NCBI GenBank assembly: GCA_000708835.1
Contig: DF236957.1
Span: forward strand, 415,629 to 479,628
Direction of reading: 5' to 3'
From: Klebsormidium nitens
Lineage: Eukaryota; Plantae; Klebsormidiophyceae
DNA length: 64,000 nt
Under the pieces are notes generated by a model, which did no database searches, was not told the origin of the DNA, and worked only from the letters and a program-made list of their open reading frames with translations. Each line of letters begins with the position of its first letter. Position 1 is the first letter of the stretch. Of this stretch, positions 25,701 to 36,988 are shown piece by piece. The translations under genes and the position numbers were made by a program.

Positions 25701-28700
25701 GTTTGTCTCGTCTCTCGTTTGCCAGGAGATAATGCACATCACCACGGCGAGCAGGAGGGCTTGCGAGGTGGAGAGGAAACGTGCCCTTCAGTTGAATCGT
25801 TTCAGATTTGGAAAGTCCGTAAAAGAAAAAAGCATGACGCAAGCGCACAGAATCTGGTCCCCTGCCGGAAGATGGTGCCAGGGCACGGCCAGCAGGAGTA
25901 CCTGCAAAAAGGATCCGAACATCAAACGGCTTGCTTCTCAAGGAACCGCTCGTCAACCTGACCGAGTCCAAGTGAAGTCGCAACTTACCAGGAACAGTCG
26001 TGACAGAGTAAGGTACAAGTCCCGGCTCCCAATGGCCCACTGGCGGCCCGCCAGCGTGGCGGCTGACTTGAAGAAGCCCTGCACGTACTCCTTCTCGTAC
26101 TCGCGGCGATCCTCTTCCAGCAACTGCATCCGATCAGCAAATCACGTTTTAGGGTGCAGGATGCCACACTTCTTTGTGACGCATGAGAAAGTTGTGACAA
26201 CGTCCCTCTTTCCAAGTTGCTTCAGAGTCGAAAGAGGCGTTCTGTGTAGCTCTGGAATTCATGTACAGCAGACATGAGCAGTGTGGGCGCAAACAGGTTG
26301 GCTCATTTCACTCACCATTATGATCGAGTCAGGACAGCAGTAAAAGTCAAGGCCCCGGAAGCAACCGCTCGTGGGGCCCCCGTTAGAAACGTCATTGAGC
26401 AACAGTGAGCAACAGTCCGCAGGTCACATATTCAAAAAAATCAAATTTACCGTGTCTACGATTTGTTAACTGCGCCAGAACTCTCAAGGCAGTTCCTTTT
26501 TACGTACCTCAGGCAGCGGCCTCTCAAGCTGTAGGCGAACAGGCTCCCTCGACCGCTCAATCCGCTCTTCCACTGCCTCCGCGCTCCGAATCCTGCAAGG
26601 TTGAGGTTTGACCACCTTTTCGCTGCAGTTTCAATCTGGATGGACCATCTTGCTAAATCTGCTCGGTTCGAAAGCTGAGCAGCCATTAGCAACATTTCAA
26701 GGAACATGGGTGTACCAACCAGTTTGCCGTATTGCCGTCGATATTGGTCAGGACTTTGGTCTCAAGCTACATCAATAAAGCGTGAAACCTGACAAAGGGT
26801 CGAACTTTGATAGTGATCAGAGTCCATAGCAACTTTCTCTTTACCAGTGAGCGAATAATGGCACAGTGCTAACACATATATCCACTCAAAAGTCGAAACA
26901 ATTCGCAACAGCGACGCCTTAGAAGCACCTCGCAATGAAAGATTGCTGCACCACTTCGCTAATCCTCACAATCAGCATTAGTGCAGAGTAGACCACTCTT
27001 TGCCATTCAAAAAGCGTCTGGACTCACCCATTCAGCGCAAGGTATTCCAGCTTTCCGTTGGGCCCAGACACCCCCGTGATCTGATCCCCCGGTAATGGTG
27101 GGGCGGTAAAGGTCATGGAGCACACGCGCAGGTTGGCCTCCTCGTCTAGGTTGGACACCAGGGCGCCCTTTCCAACACGGGTGTCTTGCAGATGGAGTCC
27201 GAGCGGGTGAGGACACGTGGTCCAAAAGGTCAGGTTGGTCTCGGGGGAGTCCACTATACGCTTGACCTGCGGGAGAACGGAAGTGCACCTGGCGTTCAGA
27301 GGCGGGAGAAAGCGGGCGTAGAATTTGCATGTCGATCTCAATCAACGATGCAGAGGAGCAAGTCGTGGTCCAATGCGGAGTCTTGAGACAAGACCCACCC
27401 GCGTGACTATGCAGTCCTCAACCTTTCCTAGCTTTCAAAATGAGTCCCAGTTTAACATGAGCAACTAGGTCTATGGTACGAAAATTTCTAAAGTCGCTTC
27501 ATCATGAAGCCGAACGCCCAACGAGGCTTTCAACGTGAAGGGACTCTGACGTTGCCGGAGTTTTTGAGAGAGCCTCTCCGAACTGCAAAGTTGTTCAATT
27601 GGAGAAGCCCGGTCTTGTTGGGAAACCCCTATCCAGAGGACCAAACAATTAGGTGGACATGAAACACAAACAAACACACTCCCAGCGTAGACGTACAGCC
27701 AAGAATGATTTCGCCCGTGCCCAGTTCCACCCCTGTAAAATCGACTGACCTCTCGGCAGTACTCGGACGTCTCGTACGCTTGGACAAAGCCGTCGGACGA
27801 CAGCTTGGGGAAGCCCGGCAGCAGGAACAGCTCTCCGGCGCCCGTCGTCACCTCCTGGAGGAAGTCAGCAACATCGCACAAGGGGGGCTTGATGTACCTG
27901 CAGGAGGAGGGGGTAACTTACAATCATCGATGATCGCGTTCTTATGAATTCAGGCGCTCGTAGATGGGAAAGAAAGCGTTCGACTCTGGAAGGGGTAGGT
28001 ACAGTACCAATAACGGTCCTGCTGAAAAGATTGCTAAGAACGACGCGCCTTGATACCAACATGACGTCGTGCACGTTCCAAGAAGAAGTGGCATCGGAAC
28101 GTGGATGATGTTTCCCCGTTGAAATGGCCCGGAAGGTTTGCAATCTCCACCAGGTCTAATCTACTTAATGGCAATAACCGCGGCAACGATGGCCCGTAAG
28201 AAGGGTATAGCAGACGACTTCACAATTGAATAGCCAAACACCCAGCTCCTTGCTCCAGGCTCTGGAAAAACAAGAAGCGTCTTTGCGGGGTAAACCGACG
28301 CAGCCCTCGTCTCAAGTTTGAAGCGGAAGAGAAACACCTATCATTCCTGATTCCGCGGAAAGGCCTCGTACATAACCGCATGGAGGATACAAAAGCAACC
28401 TTCTGAGAAACGTGGGCATAAAAGAGTCTACTTCTGACTAAGTCTCTTACCCGAGGCTCTGGAAGTAAGAAAGGACGTCTTCTCGGGGGCCCTGGTAAAC
28501 GACGCGGCCTTCGTGGAGCAGGATGAGGCGGTCGAAAAGATCAAACACTTCTGGCGGGGGCTGCTGCAGCGAAAACAGGTTGGTGGTGCCAAACACGCGC
28601 GCCATCGTGCGGATAGCAGCCACGATGTCATACCTGGAAGTAAGCAGAAGGGTCAGAAACCTCAAGGGTTTCGGTTTGAGCTTTACGAGACAGCCGCCTC

Positions 28701-31700
28701 CTCAAACAAGAGGTCTGATAGGAGTCTAAGACTTGGTAGCATCTGTGTCAATCGTTTCTTCGAATGATGAACGTCAAGAGACGTCCGAAAAGAAACGTTG
28801 TGATGTGTATCATGATGAACACTCAGAGATGGTGTTGCTGATCTGTCAAGGACGCCACTTAGCCCGATTCTCTAACCCCTCACGCTCGGCGCCCCTTTCC
28901 AGTCACCTAGTCATTGTGCCTTGTTTGCATCGATCGCGCTCTATCCAATCCCGAACTTGTGGTTTCGCCAAACCCGAATCTTATATCACGGCACCAGCAA
29001 AGCTTCGTCAAAGGTAGGGCCTCGGACCCTCGACAGCAACCCAATCGACTCAGGATCGACTGTGAGAATAAGACACGGGTGAAAACCATCGAAACGGCAC
29101 TCACAACGTTCCGTTATCCAGCCCCGTCGTGAAGTCGTCGAAGAAGTACGCCGCATACGTGCCCGCCAGCATCTCTGCGCTTGTGACCCGCAGCCGCTCG
29201 GCCGTCGCGAGGCCCTTCGCGCCCTTGCCGAGCAGCGTGTTGCCTGCCGCGGTCAGGCCCAAAAGCTGGAGAACCACCTCCAGGCGAGGGTCCTGCATGG
29301 AACATCAGTGAAGGTTAGAAACAGGGGGGGGGGAACGTACATGGTCCACGTCTGGATCCTGAGCAGAGGACTCTTTCGGCTGGAACACGACCTCCGGAAT
29401 CTGGTCAGACAATGGGTGTATCAGTTTGAGCTGTTAAAATTGTGCGTGCTTCCAAGGTCAACGGGCTAAACTTGACCATCAAGCGAACCCCAAAATCAGA
29501 CATTCGTGGCGTCACACAATCACCAGGGTTGTCAAGGTACTTAGAGCTCAGGGCCCCAGCGTAGCACGATTCGCCCGCAGCAAACAGGCCCAGCAGTTGG
29601 AAACGGATTCTCCACCGAAACACCGCAAAGCTCAACCTTGTAAAGCCCACAACGTCCTAAAAACTCGTCACTGTACCTCCACCGCCTCTACTTATCAGTC
29701 CGGCTAGAAAGAGATACTTGAACAAGCAAAACGTCTCTCACCTGTCCCTCCGCAATCGCATCCCCGACAAGCTGTTTAAGCTCTGCCGCGTCCTTGTTTT
29801 TGTGCATGCCTGCATCCGTGCAGTCCCGCGCAAACTCGCACGTCTCGCGCACCGTTAGGTTTGCAAGGTGTTCCCGCTGCTCGGCAATGTAAGCGGCGAT
29901 CCGCTTGGCATTCAGCTTCGAGAGGGGCTGTCCGTTGTAGGTGATCTCGCCCGCTTTTTCGGTGTTCTTGTCCAGCTTGGCACGACCCGATAGGACCTGA
30001 CGAGCATGAAAGAGGAGTCTCAGAATTGCGGAATGAGTTTGGAGGGGCTGTCGCAACAAATTGCAATTGTTGCGCAAGAGGCTAGATGAGTTAAAAACGG
30101 CTATCCTTCATTTATCGAACGGCCCAAGTCCTGCAATTGTCCAGACCGGGAGTCTGGTAAAGCGGCCAGGCTTGACCAATGTGCGATGAAGAAACTCTAA
30201 ATTTACCCCTGGAAGGCTCTGATTCGTACCCACTTCCATCCACGAGTTGCGTCGTTTGAGGTGCTCAAGAACCCTCGCATAGTCGAAATAACGTTGTGTT
30301 GCTGAAGACTCTTTCCCACCGCCCCTAAAAAGACCGAAGCTCAACACTTACCTGATGCAACGCAGTCTTGCCGCACCCTGGCGGCCCAAGGACCAGTGTC
30401 AAGCTGCCTGGCATGAGGAACCCCGTGATCCGATCGAGCATGGGAATGATCTTGTGGGGTCTCGGCAGCACTGCATCGCGGAAACGTCCCAGGAACGCCC
30501 GCTCGAAGCTGCTGGCGACCGTGATTCCGCCCTCGATCTCAGGCCGGATGCGCGCGGCGTAGATGACGTCCTTAAACTTGATGACCTGCAAGCGAGAATC
30601 GGGGATGCCTTCAAACGGTTTTGAATGGCTTCTTCAAAGCGCTTGTGACGATGATTCGTCGGCAGACGACACGAGAGTCAGTGCTTGTGGCTCACTCTCT
30701 TTGCACTTATTACATGTCGCTGGATTGAAAGCTATTTCAGGATAGACGGTGATTGAGCCTTAAGGTGCTCCAACTTGATTTTTGGCTACTGCTGCCCTCA
30801 AGGTATGCTATCCATACCAACTTGAAACTGCTATAGCACCACGCTTTTCCCAAAACTTCACCAACTGACGTACTGCCGACTCAACCTAAAAGAATCTGCA
30901 ACAAATCAAATGAAGTTCTTCTCAACCAGCACACCCAGAGTCCCGTTCTGAGCCCCCACCTGCGCCGGCAGCGGCTTCAGCAGCGGTGCGATGCGCATCA
31001 GAAACTCGAGCAGCCCGTGCTTGAGCAGCTTCTCGATCCCCGTCAGGTCGCGGTCCTCCTCCAAATCCGCCGCCACAACGCGCTCCTCCACCAACTCTGA
31101 CGTCAGCTGGATGGCCGTGTCAACCAACCCGTAATCCATAAGCGTGTCGTAAAACTTGGCCACCAATTCCAATAAGCGATCCTCCCCCGCACCAAAGAGG
31201 TACCGTTTCAGCTCGTCCGTGAGAAGCGCCGAACCCCCCTGGCCCATTTCTAACCCCTCAAGATCGTGCAACATGTCCACGTTCAGGGGGGTCCGCTCGG
31301 TCACACCGTCCTCCTCGTCGGGCCGGTGCAGCAGCCCCCCGTTCGGTTGTGCGGGTTCCAAGGGGGGTGGCTTCGCAACTGGCGCTTGCTGTTCTTGTTC
31401 CCGATTCTCCACCCTCTCACTCTGCATCCGTTCGGCCTGTCTCCTTTCACTGTCTCTCTTCTCTGACTCCATCTCTGGCCGTGACCTGGTTGGGCCTGAG
31501 TGCTTTGGTAGGAGTTCCACTTCCCCAGAGGGGATTTCCGGCTTCGAGCTGTTGCTGCGGGGGGGAGTCCTCCAACGAGGAAGCTGCTGGCGTTTCTGTG
31601 CGCGCTCTTGTGCGGATTCTTGGCTGGCACCATAAAGGGGGCCCGACCTGAAAAGAGCAGGGTATGTAAGAGGTCAGTGACGGACAAGAAAGGCTTGAAG

Positions 31701-33264
31701 GCTTAATACTCCTGAAGCCGTGAGATATGAGAAAACTGGAGAGAAAACGAGAAAGTGTTTGTTTGAAGACTCATTCATTGGTCTGCATCCGAAGACTATA
31801 CTTACCGGGCTCTGTACTGAACTACGGCCCCAGGTATGTAAGAGGTCAGTGACGGACAAGGCCTGATGCAGCTTATGAAGCCGAGCTGTGAATGAAGTCA
31901 CCAGTGCGCTAGAAATGGTTACTTTAATCAGACGGTGGCATCAAAAGACCACCTTCAAAGACGAAAGTGGGCGAGCAGACCACCTGCAATATTAACAGTG
32001 AGCTTTCCACCAAGCTCGTCCGACCTTTGAGCAACCACCTCTACGGGGTTCCACCGATTCAGATTGGAAATAAGATCATGACATCTACGGCTTTTCATCA
32101 GTCAACTTCTGCTGTCATCGCCGGCGTTTCTTCTGAAAAAGTCCTCAGAAGAAACGCCACAGGAGCGCCGTCCATAAGGCCGCTCAAATCAGAAGGTACT
32201 CCGTAAGCAGCATGTCAGCGAACATTCAGACCCTTGGATCAACTCTCAGAAAGATAACCAAGCCCATTTTTGGTGCTGAAAAGGGTAGGGCCCCTAGTCC
32301 TTCCTCAAAAAAGAAGAGGGGCCTCCCCAAGCGCAAGATGGACCTACTTCTCAACTCCAACCCGTCATTCTCGCAAAGATTCACAATGACTGACCTCTGC
32401 CTTGGCAGTCTCCCGCCCTCGCTTCCGCTGGCCCATCCCCCCTCCGTTCGGGGGGTCGTTTGCCCATTGTCAATCGACCCCAGCTCCCACTGTCCGCTGT
32501 TCGACCTTGAGAGCGGCCCGCTCGGCGTTCTGAGCAGTGTCTGACTGGTGCTGCGAACCATCCCTTGGCTGTCGACGGGGACAAGCCTCCCGCTGGTGGT
32601 TCGGACCAAGCCCTGGCCATCTGGGGGCAGAAAATGTCCGCTACTAGTTCTCGCAAGGCCGCGTGAGGGGGGGCGCTGGGGATCGACCGGGTCGTTGGGG
32701 TTTGGGGGCTGGTCTAGAGGGCCGCTGAAACTGAGATTGTAGTTCTGTGGACCGCTGAAACTTAGGGACCTGAAAAAGCAGAAAAAGGAGTTAGTTGAAC
32801 ATTCTGTAACTCTGATAGAATGCTTAGCTGAAGAGCACTCTGCCGCCTTTTCTGCACTAGGAGCATGTTGCCATCTCGATCAAATATTAGGGTATGATTC
32901 AGATTGGTTAACATACTGACAACAGAGATATGCTCCAAGGACTTGCCGCCTGAAAAGCTGCATTTACATGTAGCAGGCTGTGCAACTTGGAACTCGGTTT
33001 GAAATAGAGCTGATATCAAGCGAAGGAACACACTTGACCCTACGGAATGGCTGCCACCGTCAGAAGGACAGACACATACTCTGCTTGCAGATAGACTCAA
33101 CCTCAGTCGACATGCAAGCTGTACCTCGGCAGAGAGGAGTTACTCTCCGAGCGCCTGATGGGAGCGAGCCCTGCGGACTGCAACCGCTGCTCCATCGTGA
33201 GCTCCCCGCTGTAGTTCCCGCTGCCCTGGCGGGCCACCTTGACGGGCCATGAGTTGCCCGACAT
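16716..33264 (-). CDS. Full-size ABCG/PDR transporter (NBD1-TMD1-NBD2-TMD2) with a long low-complexity N-terminal extension; many exons
   Basis: NBD1 LTLVLGPPGCGKT (about 30370). TMD1 KFDERQVLYKQRDARFF and WIWAYYASPLQWA. NBD2 LLRDVSGFAKPG...GGPGAGKR, IIFFDEPTAGLDS and SHQPSARLF. TMD2 REQPMYLRER and WLFWLNPLQYA. Proposed start MSGNSWPVK at 33264, stop at 16716-16718. Confidence 0.92.
21280..21327. repeat. Interstitial telomere-like array, six AACCCTAA (TTTTAGGG) units, two of them variant, in an ABCG intron
   Basis: AACCCTAA AACCCTAA AGCCCTAA CACCTTAA AACCCTAA AACCCTAA read directly. Confidence 0.9.
23613..24110 (-). repeat. Four copies of an ABCG acceptor/exon 5' end (GSVLALCFVF), one of them functional
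   Basis: A motif close to ACGAAGCACAGCGCCAGCAC(C/G)GAGCCT(G/T)CGGGAAA occurs at about 23613, 23771 and 23918, with a more diverged copy at about 24061-24110. Confidence 0.9.
24985..25242 (-). repeat. Three copies of an ABCG exon 3' end plus donor (VGVPFSVFE|GTGAG), one of them functional
   Basis: CTCACCTCAAA(C/G)ACAGAGAA(C/G)GGCACGCCGACGA at 24985, 25090 and 25209. Confidence 0.9.
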
Positions 33265-36200
33265 GGTGACGACGAGCTCACACTAGTAGCTTCACCTGCA
33301 GAAAGATAGGGTCTTTCATTTTCCTGGATTCTCATTGCTTTAAAGGTACCTTGAATGTTCTTAGAAATTCCTCACTTCCCAAAAGGCGAAACAGGCCGAA
33401 GTTGCCCGAGGCAGTGGGACTGCTTCAATCTCGTCACTTAGACTGCACAGAACAGTCTGTGATGTCGCTTTTGGCTCTACTCCAGAAGTGACGTCATGAA
33501 AATGGCAGGCTTGGCTACTCATTCGTCAACTATCCAGCAAGGAATGATCTTCTCCATTGTTCTCAATGGAATTGAGGTTTTACCACTGAACTGAAGCGTG
33601 GTGATGTCAGGGGCACCGCCCGTGAGACACTGCTTACACTTCCTCACGGACTGAAAACGAACTTGCAAAACAGAGAATATGAGCGTCATGACCTGGCAAT
33701 CACAACTAGGAAGTCTCATCTTTTTATGAAAGTCTGGGGCAGTGCTCCTTAGAATGGTATGTTGCTATGCAAATATCTGACCAATCTATCTGTCATACCA
33801 CAGCAACCCAATCTATCTTCGACATTCTTTCAAAAAGTGCTGTGACCTTGTCTTTACTTAAAAGGCTTGTACTTTTGCACACTGAAGGAACCATAGCATA
33901 CAAAAAGACCAGTTTGAAGAAACTTTCCGACAAACGAAGACCCTCTACATCTAAGGTTTTAAGACAACAGCTGGTGGTACAAAGCTCGGAGAGTTTTTTC
34001 TTAACATGCCCATCTAAGCGCCCAAGGAACGCTGACTGTCAACTCAGATTGAGGGCCAGAGGCAAAGGCAACATGTGCTTGAAGAAGTGCAGAAATAGAA
34101 ACCACATGTGGCAAGGCACGAGGTTTCGCGCGCAGAAATGATCTGCCTGCCATCCAAATTGGTCAGTAGGCTAACTTCATAACTAGGGACAGTCTGCTGG
34201 CACAATGCGTTTGCCGATGGACGAAGTACAACAGTGGTGTGTACAAGTGAATGACCAAGAAACTCTGGCTCCGGTTGCAGTGCAACCAGAGCACAGACTC
34301 CTTCCAGAGCTTTCGTTATACATTTCTGAAAGCAGTCCGCGAAGCGATTTGGATACAGAGAATCTCTCAATGATATAGGCAAGCTCAAGTGTTTCTGTGC
34401 CCCGCTTACTACAAGTAAAGCTTGATCCCATTCTTAAAAGAAATCAAAACTTGCTTCAGAATAAAGCCCAAGGGTTCATTACACGCACCAAAGCAGTGAG
34501 TTTTGATCCTCCATTGTCCCCTTGGAGTCTAAGCTGTAACAATGTACTGTCTCAAAACCCTTTAGTCGCGAATAGTGGAGCCGATGATACGTATTGGCCT
34601 TTTCCCCTCCAATTCTGGAGGGCACCCTAGACCCGTCCAGTTCTCAAGGGTTTTTATAAGAACTTCTGTAACTCTTTCCCTTGAGCTCTTAACTCAGACT
34701 TACTGGACAGCGACCTACCAGACAGCAGCCCCAAGCATTTGCCTAACGGACTTCTAATGAATCAATGCAGAGCACATCAGTGGCCTACGGTGATCATGAA
34801 CACCTGCTGTTGATACTGCAACTAACAAGATCATTACCATGGAATATCAAGCTCAAATTTCTGCACCCAAATGACAACTCTGAAGTTCAAAGTACGGTAT
34901 AGCCAAGTCCACCATAGGACGCCAAATCTGACTCCATCTCAGGGGTGACCTGAGTGTACCCACACTCCTACAAAGATGTGGGCCTTCTTACACATTCCAA
35001 CATCTGACAAACACCAATCCAGATTCAAAGACAGTGAAGAACAGTAACGCCCTCATGTGACCAGCAACCACTTGTCTCAAAACTTTCTAAAAAGTTGATC
35101 TTCGAAAGTGACGAAAGGTTTCCAGATCTGGTAAAATCTGAAGACTTCGGCAACTTCAGCCCCAATACGCGCTACAAGGAATGAACCGATAGGTGCATCA
35201 GAAGACAGCACTGAAAAACCATTCTTACAAGATGCCGAAAGCTTACCTCTGTGCTTGGCTCCTGCTCACACTTCTCCCTTTACTTCCCACATCTCTCCGC
35301 CATGTACTGAGAGGCAAAACCTGCCCAACAGGCAGAAATTTCAGCAATGCACGACTTTGCTGGCCGCAACTTCAAGTGCAGAATTCTGTGAGAGTTAGCT
35401 CTACTCGAACTGCTCGAATCTGTATTTCGCATTTGGATGACAGTTTTGTGCGCTGGCCTGGGGCCTTGTCCAAGACGTTGAGGGTGCGCTGACCACCATT
35501 TGCAAGGTTCCCCTTTCAGTCGCAGTCCAGATCTTTGTCGACAACACAGCTAGACAGCCACTGTTGTCAGTGCTGACATCACTGCCCGCAAGGTACGGTA
35601 CACGGAACAGCAACAAACAACATCTGGGCATCCATTGCGAATGTTAATACGCACCTTGGGAACACATAATACCGCCAACCGGGCACTCCAATGGATCGAA
35701 GCGTTTACGGCGTTCATCGCAGAGACTAGGTGGCCGGTTGTATGAGTAAGTACTGAACACCAGATTGGTAGTAGCCGCTTTCTCAAATCCTGATTCACGA
35801 GAAGGACTGTCGAACTTGGAAGTGGAACAGGGCCCGGATCGGCCTTGACTGTGAGCTCGACACTGATTTGACATCAGTACTAATAGGGCGGTCACATATC
35901 GGTTCTCCCTGAGGGAGCGTATGCTCCCTGAGAATCTGCTTTGGTCATATGAGCTGCACGTTGCAACTTGCAACCTGCAGCCTCCGACAGGCCGGCCAGC
36001 TGGATGAGAAGACGCATTAAAATTAAATGTATCAAGACTATTTGCTGCATTCTATCATCAATGCTGGACACTCTTCCTTGATACCACTATTTCCCTGTCT
36101 TTAAGCAAGGGTTGTGCAGTTGATCGGCGCCACTGCTCAGATGGCGACCAAACAACGGAGCGGCTACCAAACGGCCGACGAGTTTTATGAGCAGGTGAGG

Positions 36201-36988
36201 AGTTGCTCTTTTGGCAGGCGACTTGATTATCTATGAGCTCGACGATGAGGGTTTCTGCTAGGTTCAAATACTGCTAATGCATGTGCGCATCCTTTCAGTG
36301 GGACATATAAGTCGTCCAGAAATTTGACCTGCTGGCATTCGTTTGCCAGAGTTGGTCTAGCTGGGGATATGCTCGCTTCCAAGTTCCAAGTGAAACAAAA
36401 AGGCTGCAGGGCGCAATTCTCCTATTCAATTCTCTATTTCAAACGTAGTCTCATTGGCATTGGCTAATGCCGCGATGGCCGCACTAGTACTTTAAGTGGT
36501 GTGGCAGTACATGTAGTGCAAATGACCGCGCAGTAAGAAGCTGCTGGTGCTGTATGTCAGCTGCCTGGTGGAAGTTATGTGAAACTTATTTCTTCTAGCT
36601 GTAGTGGTGCGACACTGCTTACCACAGGCTACTTGACCACTCACTTGGAATGCTGGTCCTGACCCTGAATGGACTGATCTAAAATAAAGCTGAGTTGGAT
36701 CTACTGGCTAGGGCGCACACTTAGTTGCACTGGGGCGACATTTGGAGAAAGTATCCAGACCTAGGATTTTCTCTAGCGCACCGGTCACCACCTTCAACAT
36801 CAAGGATACTGTAATCTGCTGTTTGATGAACTTAGCAAAGGGCGCATCTTCACTGAAACAATAGGAGCATGAGAGGATCTAAAGATGGATCCCTCATTGA
36901 TTTTTCGCAGTCACCTCCACTTTCTTTGATGGTACTTTCTCTTCGGATCGTACCGTGCAAGATTTGATGCAGTATATCTGTTTTGCAG

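Noticed and set aside
17155-26277. Long ORFs such as 17155-17997, 19583-20095 and 25546-26277 as separate genes
   Set aside because: They are antisense or read-through shadows of GC-rich ABCG exons with no independent motifs.
35300-35650. Possible Ty1/copia RNase H remnant (W...Q.SV..SST; AVQIFVDNTA; KQHLGIH)
   Set aside because: It needs frameshifts, the motif spacing is inconsistent, and no LTR or RT core is visible. A tBLASTn search would be needed.
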